Under the pieces are notes generated by a model, which did no database searches, was not told the DNA's origin, and saw only the letters and a list, made by a program, of their open reading frames with translations. A program made the position numbers and the translations under genes. From assembly GCF_009914755.1 (NCBI RefSeq), contig NC_060925.1: 64,000 nucleotides of DNA. One strand, given 5' to 3'. Position 1 is the first letter of the stretch. Every line of letters starts with the position of its first letter. This document shows positions 48,907-64,000 of the stretch, piece after piece. The DNA comes from the human T2T-CHM13v2.0 reference genome, Homo sapiens.

Positions 48907-50844
48907 CTGAAAAACAGTAAAACCAGAGTTAGAGCTTAGAAGGACTGCCAGAGTGCTGGCTCCCAGATACCTGTTTGAGTGGAGCAAGCAGCAACAACAG
49001 AGAAAGCCCTGGGCAGGGACTCAGGAGGCCTGTGTACCAGTCATGGTTGTGGCTGTCATGAGGTGACCTTAGTCAAGCTCAGTGCCACTCTCTGGACTTT
49101 GGTCTCTTTAGAAATTCTTTCTCTTAGACTAGATGGTCTTTGAGGCTTTTTCTGGTCTAGATGCCCTATGCTTTTTCTTGATAAGGAACATCTTAAACAA
49201 ATGGAGCTATTCTAGGATGGAAGATACTGCCTTAGACACAACATGCTAGAGCTGGGACACATTGCTTAGATGAAGGTACTTTAAAAGGTGACCCTCTGCT
49301 CAACCATCTGGACATGTCAGAAATGCTTCTTGATGCTTGGTTAAAGGCTTGTTTGTAAAGAATCTGCTCCTATGTTCCATCTCTCATTTTGTATTTGCCC
49401 TATTCTACAGAAACACTTCAAGGAAGCTGGGGTTGATGAGCGGTGAGCTTGGGCATGGAGATGAGAATCGGGTATAATCTGGCTCTGCCACTCAGCAGAG
49501 TGCTTCTCGGAGAATGTTAGTCTCCTCATCTACAACATGGGAAGCCCCTTTCTTCCAAGGAGTTTGTGAATATCACAAAAGAATGGCTATGAAAGTCTTT
49601 CCTTGTAAAGGGAATCTTACCGTGATGTTTCTATACCCAGTCCATGGCCCAACACCAGGCGGCAGCACCCAATCACTGTACAAAGAACCCGAAGCAGATT
49701 CCTCATGACTGGGTTCTACCCAAACCAAATCAGTTCCTCAGCCTAGGCCACAGCTTCTCTGCTTGTGGAGGGTGTCTTGAGTACTGGAGCATAACACTGT
49801 CCTTTATCATTTTTCAAAGACATCAAGTGTTTAGGTAATGCTTGGGATTCATTCGGAGCCTCTGATGAACACTAAATTTGAGCACATTGTTTGGCACACA
49901 GTAAGGCCTCAATGTTAAGATGGTTTAGGATTTTAGGACTGCTTTCTAATACTTACCTAAAATTGCTTGGCAACTATGAGCTCAAAGTAAAATCTAGGAT
50001 TAGACAGCTATTTACCTTTATATCAAGGAGGCTAATTGTTGAAACCCTTTCCTAGAAGTGGTTCTGAAAAGATAAGTCTGAGGGTCCATAATACCTAAGC
50101 CATATCCCACCTCCTTCTGCAGATGAGGGTTCTGACTCCTATTTTCCAGGAAAAATGACTAACAGGGTCCCATTTTGAGACATGAATGGGAATCCAATCC
50201 AGGATATAGGAGACCTGGGTTCTATACCTGGGCTCCTGCCTTTCACTAGGTATGTGATTCTAGACAAGTAGCTTGTCTTCTCTAAGCACCAGTTTCTTCA
50301 TGTGTAAAATGGGGAAAAATCATCCCCTATCATGCTGAGAACATCAAATGAGAAAATGGAATGGGAGGAACTTTATGAATGTGAAAAATTGTTATTTTGT
50401 ATTTCATTCGGAGTTGAAGTGGCAAATCTAAGCTGTCTGTGATAGTACAAGAAAAATATTTCATCCAGTTTCAGCATTTATCAGCAGGGTAACCTCACTC
50501 TTCTAGTTCTCATTTTATTCAGCTAAGACTGGGGATAGTATTGTCTGCCTCACATGAGCTAACAGATGTGAAGAATAATTATGATGACAAAGCCAGAGGC
50601 TTACCAGATGCTGATGCAAACCATTGAGTGTCTCTTCCTTTCAGCAATGCTAAGAACACTGAGACGTAGATTCTGAGTTGAAGGGTCTGAAAATCTGGAC
50701 TGATGGCAAGTCATGAAATCTTATCCTAATGAGATGTACTGAAAGCATCATGCTCCAAAGCTCTGGGGGGTCCTAGTCCTGACAAGGCTGATCAGACGAG
50801 GCTCTCTTTGGTAGGACAGTGCCAGAAAAGAAGATTGCAAATAC

Positions 50845-51138
50845 TTTTTTTTTTTTTTGAGACAGAGTCTCACTCTATCACCCAGGCTGGAATACAGTGG
50901 CACAACTCACTGCACTCCTCTGCAACCTCCACCTCCTGGGTTCAAGCAATTCTTGTGCCTCAGCCTCCCAAGTAGTGCATGCCATCATGCCCCACTGATT
51001 TTTTTTTTTTGTATTTTTAGCAGAGATGGGATTTTGCCATGTTGGCCAGGCTAGTCTTGAACTCCTGGCTTCAAGTGATCTGCCCACCTCGGTCTCCCAA
51101 AGTGTTGGGATCACAGGTGTGAGCAACCACACCTGGCC
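50845..51138 (-). mobile_element. Alu
   Basis: Dimer; flanking repeat gaaga(t/c)tgcaa(a)tacttt. Confidence 0.93.
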
Positions 51139-51839
51139 TGAAGACTGCAATACTTTCAAACTGTGTTCTACAGAGCCCTGTGGAACCTCCACAGGGAGGC
51201 CAAGTAAATAGGGTTATGGGCCTCATCCAAGCTTCTATCAAAACTACTCTGGTTTTAATTTTTATGCACTGGAGTGTATACAAATTTTATATATAATTTT
51301 ACCTTTGCCAAAAAACTTTTTTTTTTTTTTTAAAAAAAGGAGTTCTACTGGTAAAACAAAACAAACTTTGAAATCACTGGTGCAGGTGTCAAAGACTGGG
51401 GCTGGAAGACTTGATTAGTCAATGATCACTGCCTTTTTACAGGATTCCTTTGCCCATCTATAAAATGGAGAGGAAAAATGCTTAAACTTCCTAGGGTCAA
51501 TGTAAAATATACTATTGATATGCTGCAGATATGGGAGCAACTGGGATCAAACAAACATTTGTTGAGCACCCTTTGTGTGTGTGACAGCCACTATACTAGT
51601 TATGGTACATGCAGAGGTAAACAAATAGATAAGGACCTAGCCCTTATGCATGTATTTTCAGTGAGAAGCAGCTCTTCTCAGAGTATCACATTGCAAAGCT
51701 GACCTTAAAAATTAGAGTTCCCAGTGGAGGATGATCAGAGTGGTGGTGAGGAACCTCAAGATCATGGCAAAGGGGAAAGGCAACGGGAAGGCATCGTCCG
51801 GAGAAAAGTCAAGGGAGAGAAACACCCTAAGGGCAGTCA

Positions 51840-52319
<480 letters not shown>

Positions 52320-53345
52320 TCAATTGCCAAAGATAGAGAGAACCTGTCATCAGGAATATTTAAGCAGAGGTCAGATGACCACCCTCATGTGTTGGGCTAG
52401 ATACTAGATTATCTCTAGAGTACTTTCCACTTCCAAGATACAAAGATTCCATGCTCATAACCGAGCTTTCCCCTTTATGGGTGTGAACTGAGTGACCAAG
52501 GAACTAGAGATGTTGATCTAAGAAAATTCTTACACCAACGCAGGACCCAAAGACATAGCATAGTCCTTGTGCATGTTTACATCACTCTCAGTGTTTAAAA
52601 AAAAAAAATCCCTCTCTGAACCACTTCCCACATCGTTTACTGCTCTTTCATTCAACAAATACTATTAATTACTTACCATATGACAGTTAGGATGATGGAT
52701 ACTGAGAATGGTGAAAAAGATATTGTCTCTATCCTCATGGAACATTTACTATAGTGAGGCAGATGACAAAATACAGGTAGCTAAAAATATTAGCAACTAT
52801 TATAATTATAACAAAGGAAAGAAACAGGATATTAAGATGGACAGTATCAGGTGCATCTCTTTTGGATGAGGAGAGCCTTGGAGGTCTTCCTGACACCTTG
52901 AAGTTTAAGCTGTGGTCCCACGAAGGTCCACCTGAAAAGCGGACGTGTGCCAGACAGTGTGCTTCAGTGAATTATGAGCATTTGCGTCATCTTAAAACTC
53001 TGACAATTCTAGGCTGGAAACCTATGTGGGAATCAGAGCACATCCTGATATTTCAGTTTTTATTTGGCTTTAACCACTGTGAATCTTGGGATTTTGGCAG
53101 GAGAACCACTTTATAACTAACTCAGAAGACCAGGATGACAACTGGAAAGAAAGGCACAAGGAACCAGTGTCATGGGCAATGAACCACTTCCTCTAACAGA
53201 GAGGAACCTGAGAATCCCAAAACAGCAGACTCAGAGTTTAATGCTGGGTAGATTTCAATTACAGCTAAACTTAATAGTCACTGGGACCAGTGAAATCAAT
53301 ACAATCTCCTGCTTAATACTGTCCTAACAATCTCCTGCCTCATAC

Positions 53346-55098
<1,753 letters not shown>

Positions 55099-55796
55099 TC
55101 ATTAGTTTTTATTTATGTTAAATTTCTTAATCATAATAATACTATTATGTTCCTTATTCTTAGGAGATAAACACAAAAGTATTTAAGGATAAAATCTCTC
55201 ATCTGCAGTTAACTCTCAAATGGTTCAGTAAATAAATGAAAAACATTTTAAATATACAGGTATTCAACAAGTATGTATATTTATATGTGTATATATAGTT
55301 AGGAGAAACAGACGAAGTAAATACTGCAAAAAGTGGTAAAGATAGGCAAAGAGTTCATGGTTGCTTACTGTTCTATTTTTGTAACTTTTCTGTAGGTTTG
55401 AAATTTTTAAAATAAAACATTGGAGAAAAAAGTAGTAGTCTCAACTTAGGTAGGAAAGCTTAATGGGATATGAAATCTCCCTGAGCTTTGGGTGACTACC
55501 TGCTATATCGGAAGTGCATGGTCAGTTGGGCCAGGACTCTAAGTGGTAGGGTAGTGTGGAGACAAGGATATAGGAAAGGGGGAGGGCCAGTAAGCACCCA
55601 GATAACAGAGGTGGTACCTATGTATGTCTAGCAGAAGCGTGTAGCCAGGCAGAAGGGCAGGAGTCATAAATACCAGATCCAAAGGGCAAAGCAAAAGACA
55701 GCTCTTGTACAGATCGAGCTCTTTGGCAGAGGTTTAGGTAAGTAATCAGAAAAACACAGGAAATGATAATATCAGAGGTGGGGCAAAGGGTCAGTA

Positions 55797-55837
55797 AGGC
55801 AGGCAAGCAGGCAGGAAGGCAGGCAGGCAAGCAGGCA
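55797..55837 (+). repeat. (AGGC)n-like tetranucleotide microsatellite
   Basis: aggcaggcaagcaggcaggaaggcaggcaggcaagcaggca. Confidence 0.85.
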
Positions 55838-57772
55838 GAAAGGATACACTAAGAAGCACAGAGGAATTAGAAGTTTAGGCAAGGCTCTGGCTTGTCTGGG
55901 CATAGTTAAAGGCTAATTTCAGGGAAGCAAATAGAAACTAGAGTGAGAGCAGACAAGTTGCTGAGCACCCACGATGAGAAACAGCTTAAGAGCAGAGGAG
56001 GACACAAAAAGTGGGCTCAATCTGTCTGAAAATGGGGAAGGGAGAGGTAGCAGCTAATGGCAGAATGTGATACCTTGGTCTTTGTTTCTCTTAGTTGGTG
56101 AGGCAAGAAGAGTCTGGCTAAAGTTTGCTTCCTCTTATCTAGTGGCTGAATCAGAGAGATGTAAATTGGGGCAGAATTCCCAGGAAAGGTCATGCCCCGG
56201 TCCCAAACCACTTTTGGGACTGCAGGCCCATGAGGTACATCCTTACCAGTCTCTGAATGCTGCTACCAGTATGTTTCTCTCACTTCTTAATGATGGCATT
56301 CCATTTAAGAATTCGGAGTTCCTATTTCTTTGAGAAATCTCTTTTTAAACTAGCAGCTACATTCATGGATGTGCTAACCCCCATTCATGCATCCATTCTT
56401 TCAGAATCCCAGGTAGGCCTAACTTTCACGTCTGAAATGTAGATCAGAGTTCCTGAATGCCTAACTGGAGGTATTTAAAACTTGCCTTTGTCTGGACCAG
56501 CTCTACCATGCCCAGTCCAGACTCCCAGTGCAACATTCTAACTGCAAGTCAGAATGCCTTTTTCTTTTCTCAGAGACTCTGGTACTGAAAGAAAGCAATC
56601 TAGCATGGGTTAGGTGAGGAGAAGTTCCCTCCATAGAAAAGGATCAGCCAGGGGATCATAGAAATGGCTGCAGGGATCAGATGGTCTGGCCCCCACAGAG
56701 TATTTAAAATTCAGGTATCTTTTTGACCTGCTTGCAAGTCACATAAGCAATACGGATTTGGGTACAGAAGTATCTATGAGGGAAAGGGGGAAGGAGAATG
56801 GGGGAACAGTCACTTCCCTGGGCACATTCTCTAGAAGCAGTGCTTTTATCGGAGGTGATTCTGTTAAGACTATGATGAAAAGACACCAGGGAAGGCAGTG
56901 TGGGAACAAGACTTGTTTGTGTAGAGGAAGGTCGGAAAAGACACCTTTCAGACCTGTGCCCTCCCATCAACAGACAGCACAGCACTCACACTGGCAGCAC
57001 CCCTCCCTATTTCTCTGCTCAGGACACAATCTGCAGGGCTTTTTTAAGGGCCTTTCCTCCCTCTCAGTAATGACCTACCTTGCTATGTTTAAGGCTGAGC
57101 TTTTCTTCCCTCCCTTGTTCTGTGTCCTGGGTTCCAGATGAGAGACGCAGAGTTCCATTGAATCTTTAATCTCTCTCGGAAGTACTTAGTCACTGATTTG
57201 GCCACGTGGCATCTGCTTTCCCATTGTGGGTCTGGTATGTTAACTAAGAAAGTTATTTTCCAGCCGAGTTAGAAATAGCAGGAACTTGAATTGACTTGCT
57301 AGACTGGCAGTGCTGGAAGTTAGGGCCATGTGCCAAAGGAAAGAATAGATGGCCAATCACCAGGGAGCAAATTTCTCAATCTGTAGCCTGAGACTAAACC
57401 TTCCTGCTGGCAAGGGAGATGTGTGTTAGGCCTTTGCTGCCAGGTTCACACTGGGAGACGTTCTGTGACTTCTTGGTGGCTCCACATGCAGTCTGAAACT
57501 CAGAAGGGGAATTGCGAACCACCTTTTATCTAGGGATAAGGATCTAGAAGAAATAGGGGTGATCCTAGAGACAGAAAACAAAATCCTGAAGAAAAAGTAA
57601 AGATGAGAGGAGGCTGAGAAGTCTCAGATATGGCAAAGGTAAGGGACAGAAAAGCAGACCTCTAGATAGTAGGTGCCAGGCCAGTAGTTCTGAAGGCTGA
57701 CCCTGGGCCCCTGCAGGTGCTGCTGCTAGCCCTGTCCCCCACTCTCAGCCCAGGCCCCATCCCAGCTCCTAC

Positions 57773-57964
57773 CTGGTAGGTACCTGTCGTGGCTGTGGCT
57801 GTACTCTATGGCAGTGAGTGACAAGTGAGTCTGTGTAAAGGGCTGGTTGCCAAACAGATTGTCACTACGAAGGTTGTGGCAGAGTTTCTCCAGGAAGCGG
57901 AGGACGTAGGTGATGCTGTTGACTGCTGGGAGGTTGAGGGTATGCTGTTCCCGGTCAAACACGG
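57773..57964 (-). CDS. SCMH1: SCMH1 exon (192 nt), C-terminal part of SLED domain
   Basis: ccacag|; (A)VFDREQHTLNLPAVNSITYVLRFLEKLCHNLRSDNLFGNQPFTQTHLSLTAIEYSHSHDRYLP(G); donor CAG|gtagga. Confidence 0.95.
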
Positions 57965-58730
57965 CTGTGGAGTGAGTAAACAGGGCCAAGCATGTCAGCC
58001 TGGCAGTGGAGTACAGCGCTAGGCAGGACGAGTCCAGCCCACTGCTTGTCTCAGGCTTACCTGGTTACACAAAGGGAATCAGTGCCCCACGTTTCCTCCC
58101 TCCCTCCCTTTAACTCCCTCCCTCGAGGGCTTTGATTTTTGCCTCCAACTGTAAAGGGCTTGCAAATATGGGAGTGGCCAGGCCAGGTCTGTTGCACCCT
58201 GGGCTCTGGAATGATTTTATTCAACTTGTGAAAACAACTGTGAACATAATTCTCTCTGCTCCATCACTTGGTTGGACCTCCCCCAGGAAATCTGCTCATT
58301 TAGGGTGCTATTTTCACAAGAACTGCCCAAGAACAGAGAAGCTTGGCAGAAGAGTAGAATATAGCCATAGCCAGCAATGGTATGGGTACACAATTTCTGA
58401 TCTACATAAGGGCACTAGAATTTTGGCAACATTTGGAACTGTTTCATGCTTGGTGTTAGTTTACTTCCTATCATCTTTTTCTATAAAAATGTATCAGTAT
58501 AAACCTTAAAAAGCAAAGACCTGTGTATTTGTCTCTGAGGGCAGCAAGGACATGGGGATTTGGGGAGATAGGTCATTCTCAAGAACCAGTTTTGAGGCAG
58601 GAGAAGAACCCCAGAGAGGGTATAGGAGAGCAGCTAAAGAGAGGCAGTAAAGAAGGCCAGGTTCCTACAGACCATTACACAGAAACAAAGAAGAGACCAG
58701 GGAGTAGGCTGGGCCTCAGAAGGGACATAA

Positions 58731-59067
<337 letters not shown>

Positions 59068-60055
59068 AATTCCTAGTCTTCTATAAAAATTCCCTGCCTG
59101 TCTGCTCCATCCTCCTCACAGCCAAGTACTCCCTAGTCTGGGTTCCCACACCACTCTGTATACATTTCCCTATTACAGCACTTCTCACAGTTAGCTATGT
59201 ATATTCTTTCTTTTTCACTGGTATGGAGCCTAAGCTGTCATCTTCTATTCTCCCCTTCTCCTGACCAGTGTCTGGCAATCACCTGACACATAGTAAGGGT
59301 TCAATAAATGTTTGCTAAAATAATACAGTCTGGTTATTTATGGAGTCTTCCATGCCAGCGGGGTTTCCTGAAGCTGGTTATTACAACCTGCTAGGGAGGA
59401 GGGGCAGGGGAATATGGAATAGCATCAGTTAAGACTGAAAGGCTCTAGGTCAAGTCTTCATAGGTTTAGTGGCTAAACAGGATTTTGGATTTAGGAAAAC
59501 TGAAACAGAATCAGGACACAGGAGAAAAAATGAGTATTCTGTGAGAGCAAAAAACACTGTGTCACTGAATCAAACTCTCATAGCAGTAAAGAAAAAGGAA
59601 ATGACTTTTCCCAACCACCCTGGGATTTAATTCTCTTCTTCTGGGCCTGGTTTAGGACGAGGAAGCTAAGGAATCAAAGGAATGATAGAGGAGTTCAGTG
59701 GTTCCTGAAACCAGGTGGGAGGCTGCAACAGTCTGGAGAAACCCTCCTGCTGCCACAACATAGCCCCCTCTGGATTCTTTCTCCTATACTTTCTGTACGG
59801 ACAGGTCAATCAGGTAGATGGGGGGAATCAGTTTAGAGGCTCAGTGAAGCAGAATCTGTGGGTATTCTCCTTGGCAGAGGTATGCATAAGGCTCAGAGGG
59901 GCTCTTGGGGGGTTGGAGATGAGGAATGGAATACCTTCACATTTTTCCAGAGCCTGCAGGTATGAAGTGGGAACCAGGATGCCTTACAAGAAATCAACCA
60001 GTTGAGAAGGTGGGTCCTTCTGGCTGGGAGGCAATATGAGCCAAAGTGTGCTTAC

Positions 60056-60256
60056 CTGAGATAACCTCACCACCATGGCCTTGCTTGAGGAAGCTGAAGA
60101 CGGTTTTCTGGTGATAAGCACAGTCGATACAGGCCTGGACAGCCTGCTGCAACACCACAGAGGCACGGGCTGGTCCAAAATGGTCAGGGAGTTGCTGGAC
60201 CTTCTTCTTATCTAAGTGGGGGCCTGTGCTGCCATTCTTGTTCAAGTAGATACAAA
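60056..60256 (-). CDS. SCMH1: SCMH1 exon (201 nt), N-terminal part of SLED domain; gene continues beyond the right edge
   Basis: cccatag|; (V)CIYLNKNGSTGPHLDKKKVQQLPDHFGPARASVVLQQAVQACIDCAYHQKTVFSFLKQGHGGEVIS; donor CAG|gtaagc. Confidence 0.95.
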
Positions 60257-60676
60257 CTATGGGAGACAAAGAATCAAAGAAGCTTCAAGAGTCTCTGGGA
60301 TAGAGAAGTCAGAGAACAGCATCCTATTCCATCTTTTATACCTTGGCCTCTGGTTCCTAACAGAATTCCTAGCAGCTGAGCTGGTGAAATGCTGTGGGAG
60401 GTAGAGGGTGGAGGGTCAAGAAAAGGCTGTGCCCAGCTACTGCCAACCCAAACTGCATGATCAAAGTCTGTGGGAAGACTGGAAGAGTGGCCCAGACCAA
60501 AGGCCAAGACACAGAGTTTGCACTTTGTCTTCTGTGCACTGAAAAGAAAATCTAGACAATTCCCCTCTTGTACGTACTTCCATTTTTTTGTACTTGGTTG
60601 CCTCACATATTCTTTGTACCTCTTACCATATATGTGTAAGGCGCTGTGGGGCAATGGCAATATTAGCAAGGGCATA

Positions 60677-60678
60677 TG

Positions 60679-60701
<23 letters not shown>
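60677..60701 (+). repeat. (TG)n microsatellite
   Basis: About 12 perfect TG units. Confidence 0.92.
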
Positions 60702-60709
<8 letters not shown>

Positions 60710-60859
60710 CATTGGATTTAGAATAGTTGCACCATTGATCATTTGCCTTGCTTTCTGTTTTGGGCCTTAGGGTCCCTTTGTTATCTTCTACATCAACACT
60801 CATGCCCAAAGAATATAATAAAAATTTTAAAAAAAATTGGATTAAAAAAAAAAAAGTTG

Positions 60860-61683
<824 letters not shown>

Positions 61684-62470
61684 TCACTAGCTGAAGGGGT
61701 AGAAGGGCAAAAGTCTCTTTGCTATTAAAGGTAGAAAAGATAAGAGCAGTAATTGTGTGGCCCGTGGATGGACTGTTGTTCTCCTTGGGTCTCAGGTTCA
61801 CCACCTGAAAAATGAAGTGACTGAGCCAGATGCTCTCTGAGGATTCTCCACCTTCATAATTCTAATTCTAAGGAGAACCAACATGGACGGAAGAAATGGA
61901 AAACAGAAAGTAGGGAGGTGATATGTGGAAAGTGACAGGAGAAACATAAAAACAAAAAGAAGAAAAGGGTAAACAAGATGAATTGAACGAATACATTTAA
62001 CTCTGTTCTCTCCAAAAACTCACTAAAATGAGCCAGATAATAAGAGAGGAGATGACAATAAGATTAGGAAGGTGGAAAGCGGACTGGAAACGTAGCGACT
62101 GACTCAACAGACCCAACAAAGCTGTATACCCTAAAGCTGGAGTGGGGAGTGATGAGAACCACGCTCTCATAATTTGCAAAAGGCCTAATAATCGGCAGAG
62201 TTGGTGCCTCTGGAGGTGAGTGTGAGGGGGATCTAATAAAAGAAGGTTTAACTGAAGTCTTTTAAGAAACAGGATTTTCACATCTAGTAATGTGACTCTT
62301 TTACTGAAATAACTAAAAATGCAGGAATCCAGAGAGATAAGAAGAGTAATAAAAACAAGTGTCTATGAAAAGACACCTATAAGAATGTTCATAATAGTTT
62401 ATTCATAATAACCCCAAACTAGAAGCAACCCAAATATCCACCAAAAAGAGAAGAGATACAAATTGTGGTA

Positions 62471-63980
62471 CAGTCATATGCCACATAATGACATTTTGGT
62501 CAATGGCAGACTGCATATATGACAGTGTTCCCATGGGAGCTGAAAAATTCCTATCACCTAGTGACCTTGTAGCCAATGTAAAGTCATAGCACAATGCATT
62601 ACTCATGTGTTTGTGAGGAAGCTGGTGTAAACAAACCTACTACACTGCCAGGCATATAAAATAATATAGCATATAGGATTACGTAGAGTACATAATACTT
62701 GGTAACATAATAAATGACTATGTTACTGATTTGTGTATTTAGTATACTTCTTATCATTATTGTAGAGTGTACTCCTACTTATTAAAAAAGTTAAGTGTAA
62801 AACAGCCTCAGGCAGGTCCTTCAGGAGGTATTCCAGGAGAAAGCATTGTTATCACGGGATGACAGCTCCATGCATGTTATTGTCCCTGAAGACCTTCCAG
62901 TGGGACAAGATATGGAGATAGGAAACAGTGACATTGATGATCCTGATCTTGTGTAGGCCTAGGCTAATGTGTGTGTATGTCTTGGGTTTTAATAAAAAAG
63001 TTTAAAAAGTAAAAAAATAAAATAAATCTAGAAGTTTTTTAAATAAAAAAAGCTTACAGAATAAAGATAAAAATAAAATATTTTTGTACAGCTATAAAGT
63101 ATGTTTGTATTTTAAGCCAAGTGTTATTAAAAGAGTCAAAAAGTTAAAAAGTTTATAATGTAAAAAAGTTACAGTACGCTAAGGTTAATTTATTATTGAA
63201 GAAAATTAAAAAAAAATTTAGTGTAGCCAAAGTGTACAGTGTTTATAAAGTCCACAGTAGTGTACAGTAATATCCTAGGCCTTCACATTCACTCACCACT
63301 CATTCACCACTCACTCAGAGCAACTTCCAGTATTGCAAGCTCCATTCACGGTAAGTACCCTGTATAGGTGTACCATTTAAAAAATCTTTTAAACCATAAT
63401 TTTACTGTATCCTTTTTATCTTTATACATGTTTAGATACACAAATACTTAACCATTGTGCTGCAACTGCCTATAGCACAGTAACATGCTATACAGGTTTG
63501 TAGCCTAGGAGCAATGGGCTATACCATCTAGGTTTGAGTAAGTACGCTATGACAGGGGTCCCCAACCCCCAGGCTGAAGACCAATACGGGGGTCTACAGC
63601 CTGTTAGGAAAGGGGCTGCACAGCAGGAGTTGAGCAGCAGGCGAGTGAGCATTACTACTTGAGCTCCGCCTCCTGTCAGATCAACAGTGGCATTAAATCC
63701 TCACAGGAGCATGAATCCTATTGTAAACTGCGCATGCAAGGGATCTAGGTTGTGTGCTCCTTATGAGAATCTAATTAATGGCTGATGATCTGAGATGGAA
63801 CAGTTTCATCCTGAAACCATCCCCCATGCCACTGGTCCATGGAACACCTGTCTTCCATAAAACCAGTCCTTGGTGCCAAAAAGGTTGAAGATCGATGTAC
63901 TATGGTATTCACAAAATGAGGATACTGGCTAATGATGCATTTCTCTGATCATATCCCCGTGATTAAGTAATACGTGAGTG
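62471..63980 (+). mobile_element. Tigger3/Golem-type Tc1-mariner DNA transposon inserted in an L1M 3' end
   Basis: Left end cagtcatatgccacataatgac, right end gtgattaagtaatacgtgagtg; TA on both flanks; L1 sequence aaattgtggta|tattcat rejoins across it. Confidence 0.85.
63553..63897 (+). mobile_element. MER1B-like hAT-Charlie element nested in the Tigger
   Basis: Starts caggggtccccaaccccc, ends ggtgccaaaaaggttgaagatcgatg; 345 bp; decayed 8-bp flanks cgctatga/tactatgg. Confidence 0.85.
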
Positions 63981-64000
63981 TATATTCATTTAATGGAGTA

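Noticed and set aside
61760-61820. Acceptor-like tttttcag|gtgg on the SCMH1 strand
   Set aside because: It lies in a MIR-like remnant; no convincing downstream donor or SCMH1-like peptide

Overview
Human (primate) genomic DNA, recognisable from the translated exons as the CTPS1-SLFNL1-SCMH1 locus (chr1p34 from memory). It is Alu-dense, with no prokaryotic operon, CRISPR array, rRNA or tRNA. On the + strand lie the 3' two-thirds of CTPS1 (CTP synthase 1): 14 coding exon segments from 1 to 21609, a non-coding last exon, and a poly(A) signal at 23903. On the - strand is the complete 407-aa SLFNL1 CDS (4 coding exons, 32024 to 27470), convergent with CTPS1. Also on the - strand, upstream of SLFNL1 and in tandem with it, are the last six coding exons of the Polycomb gene SCMH1 (SLED domain, linker, SAM domain). 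All exon boundaries were placed by hand on GT/AG signals and checked for reading-frame continuity. The best candidate for an undescribed system is SLFNL1 itself. It combines an RRM-like module, a Schlafen/AlbA_2 core with the acidic nuclease residues apparently intact, a coiled coil, and a terminal CTCCVL CaaX motif, which together suggest a lipid-anchored RNase. Other notable signals are a spliced open frame upstream of SLFNL1, a MIR-derived SCMH1 cassette exon bracketed by inverted Alus, an AATAAA inside the last coding exon of CTPS1, an intronic 19-bp hairpin, and three template-switch-type DNA scars. Repeat subfamily names come from visual motif recognition and repeat boundaries are approximate.
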